From Geopsychrobacteraceae bacterium (GTDB taxonomy: Bacteria > Desulfobacterota > Desulfuromonadia > Desulfuromonadales > Geopsychrobacteraceae), in the NCBI GenBank assembly GCA_963662315.1, contig OY759353.1:2016001-2080000 (forward strand): 64,000 nucleotides of DNA. The letters run 5' to 3'. Below the pieces are notes generated by a model, which did no database searches, was not told the DNA's origin, and was given only the letters and a program-made list of their open reading frames with translations. This document shows positions 41,282-51,350 of this stretch, piece by piece. A program made the position numbers and the translations under genes. Within the stretch, counting starts at the first letter, position 1, and every line of letters begins with the position of its first letter.

Positions 41282-41298
41282 TGTCCGAAAATGGCGAG
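41282..41298 (+). promoter_or_regulatory. Possible Ada-type activator site
   Basis: TGTCCGAAAATGGCGAG upstream of a TATACT -10 with no good -35. The resemblance to ada-alkA upstream boxes is from memory. Confidence 0.3.
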
Positions 41299-41330
41299 TT
41301 ATGGAAGCTGGTTGATGTATACTCACGACC

Positions 41331-42731
41331 ATGACCATAGACCATGACATATATTATCAGGCGCTGAAAACACGTGACGCTCGTTTTGACGGTAAATTTT
41401 TTACCGGGGTGTCCAGTACCGGGATTTTTTGCCGGCCGATCTGTCCGGCCATCACGCCGAAGCCTGAAAATTGTACCTTCTTTCCCTCCGCCGATGCCGC
41501 GTTATCTGCAGGTTTTCGTCCCTGCTTGCGCTGTCGCCCAGAAGCGGCTCCGGCAAGCCCGGCCTGGTTAGGCACCGAAGCGACAGTACGCCGTACGGTG
41601 CGTCTGATTGAAGAAGGTGCGTTGGATAATGGGCAAGCGGTGAATCACCTGTGCGAACGCGTTGGTGTGGGGGAACGTCAACTCCGCCGCTTGTTCCAAA
41701 CCCATCTTGGCGTCTCTCCAAAGCAAATTGCCCAGACCAGACGCTTGCTGTTTGCCAAAAATCTTTTAACGCAAACAGCTGCACCGATAACCGAAATTGC
41801 TCTGGCAGCAGGGTTTAACAGTCTACGCCGTTTTAACGACGCCTACAAAAAATCGTTCGGCTTTGCCCCTTCCCAGGAACGAAACACCTTGAAGGCAAAA
41901 AGTCATTCACATGAAGGAATACGACTGCGTTTTTCTTATCGCCCCCCTTATGATTGGGACGGTCTGCTTGCCTTCTTTCGATCCCGCGCTATTACTCCTG
42001 TCGAACTGGTGAATCAGGACAGCTACCAGCGTCGTGTCGTAATCGACGGGCACCAAGGAAAGATTATCATTCGCAACGAAGGACAGGATAACAGGCTGTG
42101 CTGTACAATCAGCGCTATCCCTACTCAGCATTTACAGACCGTAGCACGCAAAATCAGGCGCATGTTCGATGTTGATGCCGATCCCCAGGCGATTGCCAAC
42201 GATCTTGGCCGTGATTCTGCGTTACGGCCCCTCATTGATGCTTGTCCCGGCATACGCCTGCCGGGTGCCTGGGATAGTTTTGAAATTGCCGTACGTGCGG
42301 TTATCGGCCAACAAATCAGTGTGAAAGGTGCGCGCACCATCTGCACACGTCTGGTTGAGCGTATCGGGCGCGGCCTGTTTCCTGAACCTCAGGATATTCT
42401 GGACAGCAATCTGGACGGATTAGGCTTAACCGGGCGCCGCATCGCAACACTGAAAACCATGGCACAAAAGTGGCCGGAATTAGACACGGCCAAACCTATT
42501 CAGGACGTTATCGATGACCTGTGCGCCTTGCCCGGCATCGGCCCCTGGACGGCTCATTATATCGTTATGCGCGGCTGTTCCGAGCCGGATATTTACCCTG
42601 TCGATGACCTGGGATTGATCCGTACTCTGGAGAAACTGAAGGTCCCCGCAACCAAAGAGGCGTTAAGAAAACACGCTGAGAGATGGCGCCCTTGGCGGGC
42701 TTATGGGGCGATCTATTTATGGAGAATTTAA
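41331..42731 (+). CDS. alkA: AdaA-AlkA fusion: Ada Zn domain, AraC HTH and 3-methyladenine DNA glycosylase II
   Basis: TGIFCRPIC, FRPCLRCRP, GFNSLRRFN, LPGIGPWTA, WRPWRAY. Confidence 0.93.
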   Translation: MTIDHDIYYQALKTRDARFDGKFFTGVSSTGIFCRPICPAITPKPENCTFFPSADAALSAGFRPCLRCRPEAAPASPAWLGTEATVRRTVRLIEEGALDNGQAVNHLCERVGVGERQLRRLFQTHLGVSPKQIAQTRRLLFAKNLLTQTAAPITEIALAAGFNSLRRFNDAYKKSFGFAPSQERNTLKAKSHSHEGIRLRFSYRPPYDWDGLLAFFRSRAITPVELVNQDSYQRRVVIDGHQGKIIIRNEGQDNRLCCTISAIPTQHLQTVARKIRRMFDVDADPQAIANDLGRDSALRPLIDACPGIRLPGAWDSFEIAVRAVIGQQISVKGARTICTRLVERIGRGLFPEPQDILDSNLDGLGLTGRRIATLKTMAQKWPELDTAKPIQDVIDDLCALPGIGPWTAHYIVMRGCSEPDIYPVDDLGLIRTLEKLKVPATKEALRKHAERWRPWRAYGAIYLWRI

Positions 42732-42732
42732 G

Positions 42733-43245
42733 ATGATCAGACTTTATGAAGATATCGTCGAGACACCTTGCGGGGCTTTATCCATTGTCTTCGATGCGCA
42801 GGAGACCCTGCTGCATTTGGATTTTCCCGATCAGGGGGAGCGCCAGAAGAAATTGCTCACCAACCGCTTCAAACAGTTTGAACTGGTGAAACGTCAATCG
42901 CTGATTATCCGCCCCCATATTGAAGCCTATATGGCGGGGGATTATGACGCCCTTGCTCGCATCACCTGTGATTCAGGCGGAACTCCGTTTCAGCGACGTG
43001 TCTGGCGGGCATTAAAAAACATACCGGTTGGTCAAACCATCAGCTACCGGGATCTAGCCATAAAAATCGGTAACCCCAAAGCGGTACGTGCAGTGGCCCG
43101 TGCCAACGCTCTCAATCCGATCTCGCTGATATATCCCTGTCACCGCGTCATCGGAGCAGACGGCAAGCTGACCGGATACGCGGGCGGATTGGAACGGAAA
43201 AGATGGCTGCTCAATCATGAAGGGGTTAAGAGCCAGAGTCTTTGA
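42733..43245 (+). CDS. ogt: Methylated-DNA-protein-cysteine methyltransferase
   Basis: GTPFQ, RAVA, PCHRV, GYAGG. Start taken at ATG 42733. Confidence 0.94.
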   Translation: MIRLYEDIVETPCGALSIVFDAQETLLHLDFPDQGERQKKLLTNRFKQFELVKRQSLIIRPHIEAYMAGDYDALARITCDSGGTPFQRRVWRALKNIPVGQTISYRDLAIKIGNPKAVRAVARANALNPISLIYPCHRVIGADGKLTGYAGGLERKRWLLNHEGVKSQSL

Positions 43246-43291
43246 GCAACCATTGATTGCTCCCTCCTGTGTCAAGCATATAGTCCATAAA

Positions 43292-43328
43292 GCGAAAAAA
43301 GGTGCCCTTCCGGGTCACCTTTTTTCGC
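43292..43328. terminator. Bidirectional terminator between ogt and the FG-GAP gene
   Basis: GCGAAAAAAGGTG...CACCTTTTTTCGC hairpin. Confidence 0.75.
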
Positions 43329-43356
43329 TTTGACACAACAGTTATAAATTTTCCAT

Positions 43357-46300
43357 TCAGTCTAATAGGTAAAGAGCAAAATTTGAGCCGACAACAATCT
43401 CTTTTTTACCGTCACCATCAATGTCAGCAACCGGCAAATGGTTATAGCGGCCCAAATTCTCCCCAAGGTTTCCGCTCCGCCATAACAGTCGACCTGTTCC
43501 ATTTTCAAAAACACTGAGCACACCACCATTAGCCACCAGCCACTCAGGCTTGCCATCATTATCAAGATCAGCCAGATTAAGAGCGGAAACCGGGGAAGCA
43601 CTCAGAGTCCCGAGGGTCGCTTGGAGGGTAAATGTTATTCCGGAATAGATGCCGATAGTTCCGTCAGTCTGCCCGACCAGTATCTCCAGCTGCCCGTCAC
43701 CGTCCACATCAAAGGCACCGATCGTACTGGCGGGCAACTCTTCAAGCCAATCATATTGGTGGGAAACCCCATCTATTGCATACACCCTGTTGCTGCCACC
43801 CGTCACCGACACAAGCATCTCCAAGTGCCCGTCATTATCAGTATCGGCAATATCAATATCGGTAATGGTACTCCGGTTAACTAGCAAACTGGTGCTTTTC
43901 CATTCTTCGGCCAGAGAGACTCCGTTCAGGACAACCAGGTAAGGTCCGACAGCTCCGATTATTTCGGTAGCTCCATCACCATCAACATCTGCCACTTCCA
44001 CAGCGGTAAAAACATTTAAATCATAAGTGGCACTTTGCCTCTCCAGCACATGTGTCCGGCCATTATAAACCTGAACGACACCGTCATGTGCATTTGATGT
44101 CGCAATTACGACCTCCATCTCGCCATCATCATCAACGTCAGCGATACGCACACTATTAATTCCGTTCCAAGTGTTAATGTTCGGCAAATCGGTACTCTGC
44201 CATTCCAGCTCATGAGTCGTGGAATCAAAAATACTGATAACGCCATCCGCGTAACCATTGTTGCTCTCAAAAGACGCCATGATAATCTCATTCTCGCCAT
44301 CATCATCAGCATCCCCAACAGCGACCGCACTCAACGGACCGTCAAGACACACATTCTGCCATTCGATCCCAGCAACCGGATCGGCTACAAACAGGAAGAA
44401 ACCACTGCCTCCTCTAGCGCCCCACAAGACTTCCATGGTTCCATCACCATCGACATCGCCAACCTCTAGTCCGGTCGTACCAGGTTCCGGGTTGCTAACC
44501 TTCCAGCGTTCGGTAATGCCATCTCCTTCGTAACAATGAACCGCTCCCCACTGTTTATCACCATAGAGGATTTCAGCAATTCCATCATCATCCAGATCAG
44601 CCACCAAAAGAGAGCCTATATCAAGATTGGTTGAAATCTCTCGTTTTGGAGTATATAGTTCAGCATCGAAGATAGTAATTTTGTACCAAGAAGCAGCAGC
44701 CACAATCTCATCACGACCATCGCCATCGGTATCACCAGTACGGACAAGTGCGCCGAAGCCATTGATGTAATCCCACTCAAGTTGCCGAGTCACAGTATCA
44801 ATCACATAGCCATGGTCAGCTCCAGCTATGACAATCTCCATTCCTGGATCATCATCCACATTGCCAACGGTTAGATCACTGCCACCATAAGCTTCCGTCT
44901 GCCACAGTAAAGTCCCATCGGCATTATAAACATAGACCTTCTGCCCTTCACTGGTCAGAATTTCGGATTGGCCATCTCCGTCCAGATCGGCAACAGCCAG
45001 AGCAATTACTGCTGCTGGAGTCTGCAGGGAACGCTGGAGGGTAAAATCAACACCGGAATAGATGCCAATAATTCCATTTTCATAGCCAACCAGGACCTCA
45101 CCTTTACCATCGCCATCAAGATCCGTTGCTGTTATCCGAGTAAGCAGAGCTGCAGACAAATCACTCACATAAATCTGGTCATAGTCACCGCTTTCTCCCA
45201 TGCGGACGACATACCAAAAATTGCCCTTATATGAATCAGCGCCTGAAGCTGCGGTAACAATTTCCAAAACGCCATCCCCATCCAGATCCAGAACCGTCAG
45301 GCCCAATCTTCCAATATCGGTGCCAAAACGGCCATAACGCCACTCCTGACTCAACAGACCGGGACTAGCCGGTACCGCCGGAGCAACATCCACCTGAACG
45401 GTGTCCTGTTCACTGCTGGAATCGCCATCATTAACCACCAGCCACAAAGTATAACTGCCACTTGCTGCCGCATGAAAACTTGGTGTCGCCGTCGTTTGAT
45501 GATTCAGAGTTGGACATTTATAGTTTGGACAAGAAGAAAATGACCACTGATAGCTCAGCAAATCACCGTCGGGGTCGCTACTGGCACTGCCATCAAGGGT
45601 TACTATATCTCCCTGATAGACACTCTGATCGCTTCCGGCATCCGCAGTCGGCTCATGATTAGTCGGCACATAATCAGATGGGAGGGGATTACTGATCTCC
45701 TTTTGCCAGTCACTGGAGCCGTCACCATCGGTATCAGCCTCCAGCCAAGAGGTGGTCTCGGTGGTGAAAAGTATTTTCACGAAGGTTCCACTATGACCAC
45801 TGCACTGCAGTGCTCCTGCTGTCGGCCAGATAAAACCAGTATAGGTCCTAAGCGGCTGAACGCTGTTAAGATCAACGTAACCGAAATCAGGATGGTAATA
45901 CCGCCCCGAAAGGGTCTCTTCTGAATAACCTGAGCCGTAGTTGATGCCACTAAAGAAATTCTCGTAACGGAAAACCTGACCACTCGCCTCATCACTCAGC
46001 AAGAAATCCATGGAAACGGTTTCGGAATATTGTGCGCTGACAAAACTGATCTGAAGTTGCCCCTCCAGCTTAGAGACAGAACCTTCCTTACGAACCGTCA
46101 ACGGATGAAAAGCCATATTCACGGTGGCAATCTCCCCGCTGTTTCTGTTGAATGTTCCTGAAACCGAGGCAATTCCGTCGATAATCTCACCGTTGTCACA
46201 ATAATTCTGGAATTCAAAAGAGTCACTGAAACTGTACGCCTTATCATCCACCTGCATATTACTGACAAATTGGCCGCCACAAGACCCCGGATAGTATTGA

Positions 46301-46656
46301 GTGGGTCGTTGGGTAACCGCAGAATGAACCGACAAATTTGCCGGTTGCAAAGTCACAAGTTCATGACGAAGTGTTCGCCGTAATATTTTGGAGATACTGT
46401 TAACAGAAAGGCTTGTCTCCTCAGCAGGGGTTTCAACGGCCATCAAGCTGACAGACATACCACTCCGTTGCCCGAAATAGGCACCGACAGCCAGCGTTTC
46501 AGCGTTATCGGCATCGATAATTGCCTCAGAAGTTTCCCCCGAGTAAGTTAGTGTAGATGAAGGCGAATTATTCGACCCGCCACCACCACCGCCACAGGCA
46601 CTTAGTTGCAGAGTAAGAAAGGTACAGATCAAAGCGATAGGCAGTTTAAGGTTCAT
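43357..46656 (-). CDS. Large lipoprotein with a PKD/REJ-like domain and FG-GAP (VCBS) beta-propeller repeats
   Basis: Lipobox LSAC plus poly-Gly; PTADAGSDQ...LDGSASSDPDGD..YQW; many DxDGDGxxE repeats. Confidence 0.88.
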   Translation of the reverse strand: MNLKLPIALICTFLTLQLSACGGGGGGSNNSPSSTLTYSGETSEAIIDADNAETLAVGAYFGQRSGMSVSLMAVETPAEETSLSVNSISKILRRTLRHELVTLQPANLSVHSAVTQRPTQYYPGSCGGQFVSNMQVDDKAYSFSDSFEFQNYCDNGEIIDGIASVSGTFNRNSGEIATVNMAFHPLTVRKEGSVSKLEGQLQISFVSAQYSETVSMDFLLSDEASGQVFRYENFFSGINYGSGYSEETLSGRYYHPDFGYVDLNSVQPLRTYTGFIWPTAGALQCSGHSGTFVKILFTTETTSWLEADTDGDGSSDWQKEISNPLPSDYVPTNHEPTADAGSDQSVYQGDIVTLDGSASSDPDGDLLSYQWSFSSCPNYKCPTLNHQTTATPSFHAAASGSYTLWLVVNDGDSSSEQDTVQVDVAPAVPASPGLLSQEWRYGRFGTDIGRLGLTVLDLDGDGVLEIVTAASGADSYKGNFWYVVRMGESGDYDQIYVSDLSAALLTRITATDLDGDGKGEVLVGYENGIIGIYSGVDFTLQRSLQTPAAVIALAVADLDGDGQSEILTSEGQKVYVYNADGTLLWQTEAYGGSDLTVGNVDDDPGMEIVIAGADHGYVIDTVTRQLEWDYINGFGALVRTGDTDGDGRDEIVAAASWYKITIFDAELYTPKREISTNLDIGSLLVADLDDDGIAEILYGDKQWGAVHCYEGDGITERWKVSNPEPGTTGLEVGDVDGDGTMEVLWGARGGSGFFLFVADPVAGIEWQNVCLDGPLSAVAVGDADDDGENEIIMASFESNNGYADGVISIFDSTTHELEWQSTDLPNINTWNGINSVRIADVDDDGEMEVVIATSNAHDGVVQVYNGRTHVLERQSATYDLNVFTAVEVADVDGDGATEIIGAVGPYLVVLNGVSLAEEWKSTSLLVNRSTITDIDIADTDNDGHLEMLVSVTGGSNRVYAIDGVSHQYDWLEELPASTIGAFDVDGDGQLEILVGQTDGTIGIYSGITFTLQATLGTLSASPVSALNLADLDNDGKPEWLVANGGVLSVFENGTGRLLWRSGNLGENLGRYNHLPVADIDGDGKKEIVVGSNFALYLLD

Positions 46657-46973
46657 CGGCCCCCTCCAAGCGAATTAAGTATGCAATGTATTTTTATAAA
46701 AAAGGACAGGCTATTATCGGCAACCTGGCTTTTTAATGGCGAAAACAGATAATCATTTTGCGTCCATAAGCATCTGTCATTTTCAGGAACTTGGGTAAAG
46801 CTACTACTCTTCTTCCATATGTCAATAGAGAAACTAAGAAAAGGTATTATGGGTTGTTACCCTGACGTACAGAGGCATCGACAGAACATGAAAAAAGGTC
46901 AGAACGCGCTAAGAATTGAACCTCTCTTCCATCACTGGCAGACGTTGTCAAAAAGACGACAAACTGCAACTAT

Positions 46974-47615
46974 TCAGTAATAGAGAGAATCGATAAACTC
47001 TTTGCCATTATCGATATGTTCCAGCAATGCCTGGCGCACGGCGACAATATCCTGAGCTCGAAAGGCGGCGATGATCCGGTCGTGTTCCTGCAGAAAGTCC
47101 TCGTACCGCTGCCCGTAATGACGGCTGATGTGGCGACGCATGAAAAAACGTTGAAACGTATCGCGAAAAGCTTCCAGGATATATTGATTTTCACTCAGTT
47201 CGAGAATCAGGGAATGAAAATCGAGTTCCAGAGAAAAGCGTAGCCGCTGGTCATTTGATGCCGCCGTTGCCCTGATCACCTCGCCACGCCGTTCCATTTC
47301 AGCAATAGCTTCCGGGGTAATATTGACAATCGCTTTTTCGGCCGCCCCCAGCTCGAGAAAACGCCGGAAATCGTGCAACTGGTCATGTTCTTCCTTACTG
47401 AGTTGATGAACCGTATAAAAGCTCTTACGAGCGCAATAGTCGAGAAAACCTTCCCGGTAGAGCATGATCATAGCCATTTTAACCGGCGTACGACTCACCC
47501 CAAGCTGCTCTGCCAGCTCACTGATCACGACCCGCTGGCCCGGAATCAGCTCAAAATTGAGCATCATATTCCGAATCTGATGGTAGGTTTTTACCTCGAG
47601 GGAATCTTCCTGCAT
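46974..47615 (-). CDS. GntR-family (FCD) transcriptional regulator
   Basis: PGQRV..ELAEQLGVSRTPV wHTH; DFH, EH metal-site residues. Confidence 0.92.
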   Translation of the reverse strand: MQEDSLEVKTYHQIRNMMLNFELIPGQRVVISELAEQLGVSRTPVKMAMIMLYREGFLDYCARKSFYTVHQLSKEEHDQLHDFRRFLELGAAEKAIVNITPEAIAEMERRGEVIRATAASNDQRLRFSLELDFHSLILELSENQYILEAFRDTFQRFFMRRHISRHYGQRYEDFLQEHDRIIAAFRAQDIVAVRQALLEHIDNGKEFIDSLYY

Positions 47616-47875
47616 AAAACTCTCCTAACCTGTGATCTGCCGCTGCTTACAGCTTGAGGCAAAGTACTGTTAATATTTGCCGAGTGCTACCGCTTATTTC
47701 CGACAGATCCGTATCACATCACAAAGCAAATCAATATATCGTAACGTTCTTATATAATAAATTTTCTGCCCCTGCAACAAACGCCTATCTGACTCCGGAA
47801 TCTCAGCCGCGCACAACCTTATTCATAAAAACCCGGAAACTCATAGGAAAAGAAACTGCTTGACTTTCCTATTTC

Positions 47876-47921
47876 ACGAATGCAATGTTGAATTCATAGT
47901 TGAATTCAACATTGCATTCGT
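47876..47921. promoter_or_regulatory. Perfect 21-bp inverted repeat, candidate GntR operator
   Basis: ACGAATGCAATGTTGAATTCA-TAGT-TGAATTCAACATTGCATTCGT, just downstream of TTGACT (47860-47865). Confidence 0.7.
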
Positions 47922-47986
47922 AGATTGAACAAACCAACGCGCACCACCAACTGGTTATCCAGTTACCTGCCCAAAGGAGTGTAGTT

Positions 47987-49534
47987 ATGTCAATCAAGAG
48001 TACGCTAAGTGTAAAATTGAATGTCAAACCCGTCTTTGTAGCCATGTACCATGACTACGTCTTTGAAGGACCTTGCCGCTTTGGCAGTGGCGTGGGCCTG
48101 ACCAAGGATTTCGACCAGAAGATCAATCAGGAAATCTATACAGCTTTCCTCAAAGATGTGGAGACCTATCTGGCCGGAGAGGTCAATCTGCTTGAGCCGG
48201 TCTTTATTGAACGAAATGAAGAGTTTTCTGTTACCGACGATATGTTGGCCCAGATCGCCGGCCATGTTGAGCAGGTGGATGTTTACTTTTTCGGCCAGGC
48301 CGGACGCGGCTTCGACGTTATCATCGAATTTGCCCGCCGCTATAATAAACCGGTCATGTTTGCGGAAAATGCCCTTCACGTTACCTGTACGGCGGCACCA
48401 ATACTGGCCCGGGGCCTTGAAGCTTACCCGACCATGTGCTGGGAAGACAGCGTTGAAAAATTGAAACTGTTACGGGTTCGCAAGGCTCTGCAGCAGACGC
48501 GGGTCCTGCTGGCACCACGCGGAAATTCGAACATTTCGTTGAGTGCTCTCGATTCCTTTATCTCTCTCGAAAAAGTGACCGACACCCTGGGCGTCAAATT
48601 CCGTTATGTCGATGTCCATGAACTCCTTGACCAGACCCGCTATGTGGATCCCTGCAGTAACCACACGACACCGGGCGTCAAGGGACTTAACCCCAGTGCT
48701 GCCGACATGGAAAAAATCAATGCGCTGACCGATTCCCTCATGGCGGAAGCACTGGAATGTGATATGAGCCGGGAAAATGTACTGCGTTCGGTTATGGCTT
48801 ACAGTACCGTCAATAAGTTTCTTCAGCATATGGAATGTAACGCCTTCTCCATGCCATGCCCCGATGCCTGTGCCACCCGTCGCCTCAATGAAGAAAAGAT
48901 CACCCCCTGCTTCATCCACTCCATGCTCAATGAAGCCGGAATTCCTTCGGCCTGCGAATACGATATTCCAGCCCTGCTGTCGATGATTGTTCTGATGAAC
49001 CTGGCCAATGCTGCCCCCTATATGGGGAACACTTTCCCGACCCTGCTTAAAAACGGTAAACGGGTCAATGTTCGCCCAACCTTCTTCCGAGCTGATCAAT
49101 CCCAGGAACAGGACATTCCGGAGCTGGGCGATAAAGAGAATGTCATGCTTACCTTCCACTCGGTACCGAACCGTAAGATGAAAGGATTCGACCGGCCAAA
49201 CGAGACATTCGCCCTGCGTGCCTTTGCCAGAGACGCGGAATTCGGCGCCACCATGCGTTATGATTTCAAAAAGGATATTGGCGAAACCATCACCATGTGT
49301 CGCTTCGACATGACCTGCAGCAAACTGTTCGTGGCCAAAGGAACCATTGTCGGTGGCGTCGGCTATACGGACAAAAACTGTAGCGAAGGGGTCTTCTTCA
49401 CGGTCAAAAGCGATCGTGATTTCTTCAGCAAACAAGTCACATTCGGTAATCATGTGCCCCTGGTTTATGGCGACCACTTCGACCGTCTGGTTGAACTCGG
49501 CGAGCTGCTTGGGCTTGAGGTTGTTACTGCCTAG
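47987..49534 (+). CDS. L-fucose/L-arabinose isomerase-like protein, substrate unknown
   Basis: ACEYD, FHS and C-terminal GNHVPLVYGDH metal-ligand pattern; GETITMCRFD C-domain; AAGGAG RBS. Confidence 0.75.
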   Translation: MSIKSTLSVKLNVKPVFVAMYHDYVFEGPCRFGSGVGLTKDFDQKINQEIYTAFLKDVETYLAGEVNLLEPVFIERNEEFSVTDDMLAQIAGHVEQVDVYFFGQAGRGFDVIIEFARRYNKPVMFAENALHVTCTAAPILARGLEAYPTMCWEDSVEKLKLLRVRKALQQTRVLLAPRGNSNISLSALDSFISLEKVTDTLGVKFRYVDVHELLDQTRYVDPCSNHTTPGVKGLNPSAADMEKINALTDSLMAEALECDMSRENVLRSVMAYSTVNKFLQHMECNAFSMPCPDACATRRLNEEKITPCFIHSMLNEAGIPSACEYDIPALLSMIVLMNLANAAPYMGNTFPTLLKNGKRVNVRPTFFRADQSQEQDIPELGDKENVMLTFHSVPNRKMKGFDRPNETFALRAFARDAEFGATMRYDFKKDIGETITMCRFDMTCSKLFVAKGTIVGGVGYTDKNCSEGVFFTVKSDRDFFSKQVTFGNHVPLVYGDHFDRLVELGELLGLEVVTA

Positions 49535-49641
49535 CCGTCATTGGTAACGAAATAGACAGGCTGCCAGAATGCAGCCTGTCTACCAAACCAGTAAACACTA
49601 AAGATCCTGAAACAGTCTCATATGTCCAGAAGGCTTTTCCT

Positions 49642-50061
49642 ATGGCAAACACGATTAAAAGCAAACTGTTACAGGCCAAAGCACAGGCCACCAGGGAGCT
49701 TGAGCAGATTTTGCTGCAGCCGCAACTGGAAACTCAGCAACTCTATAGCCATCTGAAGACCTACACCTTTGCGCGTTTATTTCTGGAACCTGCAGAAAGT
49801 GACAGCAATGACTTACTGGAGCTTGCCCGAGCCAGCCTGGCAAAAACCCTCAAGGTCGCCCCTCAGGACCTTGATAGCCTCGATCTGTCGCAAACTTGCA
49901 CGGGAACCTCATCAGTTATCAGCAAAAAGGTCCTGTTGCTTATCTCTCTTGAGCAGGGATTGCACATCACCATCAGTCCGCAACAAAGTGCGACCATAAA
50001 AACTCTGAGCGACCTGACTAAAGTGGTCAAACAACAGCTTGATCACCAGCGCCATGATTAA
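49642..50061 (+). CDS. Hypothetical protein with an ACP-like C-terminal domain
   Basis: VLLLISLEQGLHITISPQQSATIKTLSDL resembles ACP helices II-IV. Confidence 0.65.
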   Translation: MANTIKSKLLQAKAQATRELEQILLQPQLETQQLYSHLKTYTFARLFLEPAESDSNDLLELARASLAKTLKVAPQDLDSLDLSQTCTGTSSVISKKVLLLISLEQGLHITISPQQSATIKTLSDLTKVVKQQLDHQRHD

Positions 50062-50108
50062 AGCAAGAAGGTTCATACTCTGTTCGACACAGATACGCTG
50101 ACAGGAGA

Positions 50109-51350
50109 ATGGTTTTGCCTCTGGATATTGCCAAGATTCGCGCGGATTTCCCGATATTGCAGCAACAGGTTCATGCCAAGCCGCTGATCTATCTTGATAA
50201 TGCGGCAACGACCCAACTTCCGTTGCCAGTCTGGCGGGCCATGGAGCGATTCTATACTCAGCAACATGCCAACCCCCACCGCAGCAGTCATGCCTTAGCC
50301 GTCAATGCCACAGAGCAGTTGGAACAGGCCCGCTATCAAGTCGCTCGCTTTATCAATGCCGCGGATACTTGTGAAATCATTTTTTGCAACGGTGCCAGCG
50401 ATGCCATCAATCTACTGGCTTGGTCTTTTGAAAACGAGCTTCGCAACCAGGATGCTGAAATTGTTATCTCCATCCAGGAACATCACTCCAACTGGGTCCC
50501 TTGGCAACAGCTCTGCCAACGCACCGGCGCCCGGCTTAAAATTATTCCCCTCACAGACACAGGCGATCTTGATCTAGCGGCCTACCAAGAGTTGCTCTCC
50601 GACCAAACCCGACTGGTGGCCGTCACCCACGTTTCCAACGTACTGGGCACGGTCAATCCTATCAGTCAGCTAACCAGTATGGCGCACCAGCGAGGGATTC
50701 CGGTTGTGGTGGATGGCGCACAAAGTATTCGTCATGAAATCATCGATGTCACTCAGTTAGGCTGTGACTTTTTCTGTTTTTCAGGTCACAAGACCATGGC
50801 ACCAACCGGTATTGGGGTCCTCTACGGCAGGCGTAACTGGCTTGAAAAACTCGCCCCGGGACGCTTCGGAGGCGGCATGATCAAAAAACTGACCCCGACC
50901 ACCATGACCTATGAACCCCTGCCGCATAAGTTCGAGGCCGGCACCGTCAATTGTGCCGGAGCAGTCGCGTTAGCCACGGCCCTTAAATACCATAAGCAAC
51001 TGGGCCGAAAAAATATTCAGAACTATGAACAGCAACTGCTGAATTATTGCCGCGAACAACTAACCTCCCTTCCCGACCTGGAAATTGTCGGTTCTCCCCG
51101 GCACCAAGCCGGCGTGCTCAGCCTGATTATCCGTCAGCGCCACTGTTATGATATTACCACCATGCTTGATAAGCTGGGGATTGCCGTTCGCTCTGGCCAG
51201 CATTGTGCCCAACCGTTGCTCAATGCTCTTGGTCTTGCCGGCACAGTAAGGATATCCCCCGCCTACTATAATACTGTCGAAGAAATCGATCAGCTGATCA
51301 ACGCCATGGCAAAAATTATCCATCTGCTACCACGGGAGCCGCACCTATGA
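50109..51350 (+). CDS. sufS: Class II cysteine desulfurase (SufS/CsdA-like)
   Basis: YLDNAATTQ, EHHSN, DGAQ, SGHK (PLP Lys), RSGQHCAQP. Confidence 0.92.
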   Translation: MVLPLDIAKIRADFPILQQQVHAKPLIYLDNAATTQLPLPVWRAMERFYTQQHANPHRSSHALAVNATEQLEQARYQVARFINAADTCEIIFCNGASDAINLLAWSFENELRNQDAEIVISIQEHHSNWVPWQQLCQRTGARLKIIPLTDTGDLDLAAYQELLSDQTRLVAVTHVSNVLGTVNPISQLTSMAHQRGIPVVVDGAQSIRHEIIDVTQLGCDFFCFSGHKTMAPTGIGVLYGRRNWLEKLAPGRFGGGMIKKLTPTTMTYEPLPHKFEAGTVNCAGAVALATALKYHKQLGRKNIQNYEQQLLNYCREQLTSLPDLEIVGSPRHQAGVLSLIIRQRHCYDITTMLDKLGIAVRSGQHCAQPLLNALGLAGTVRISPAYYNTVEEIDQLINAMAKIIHLLPREPHL

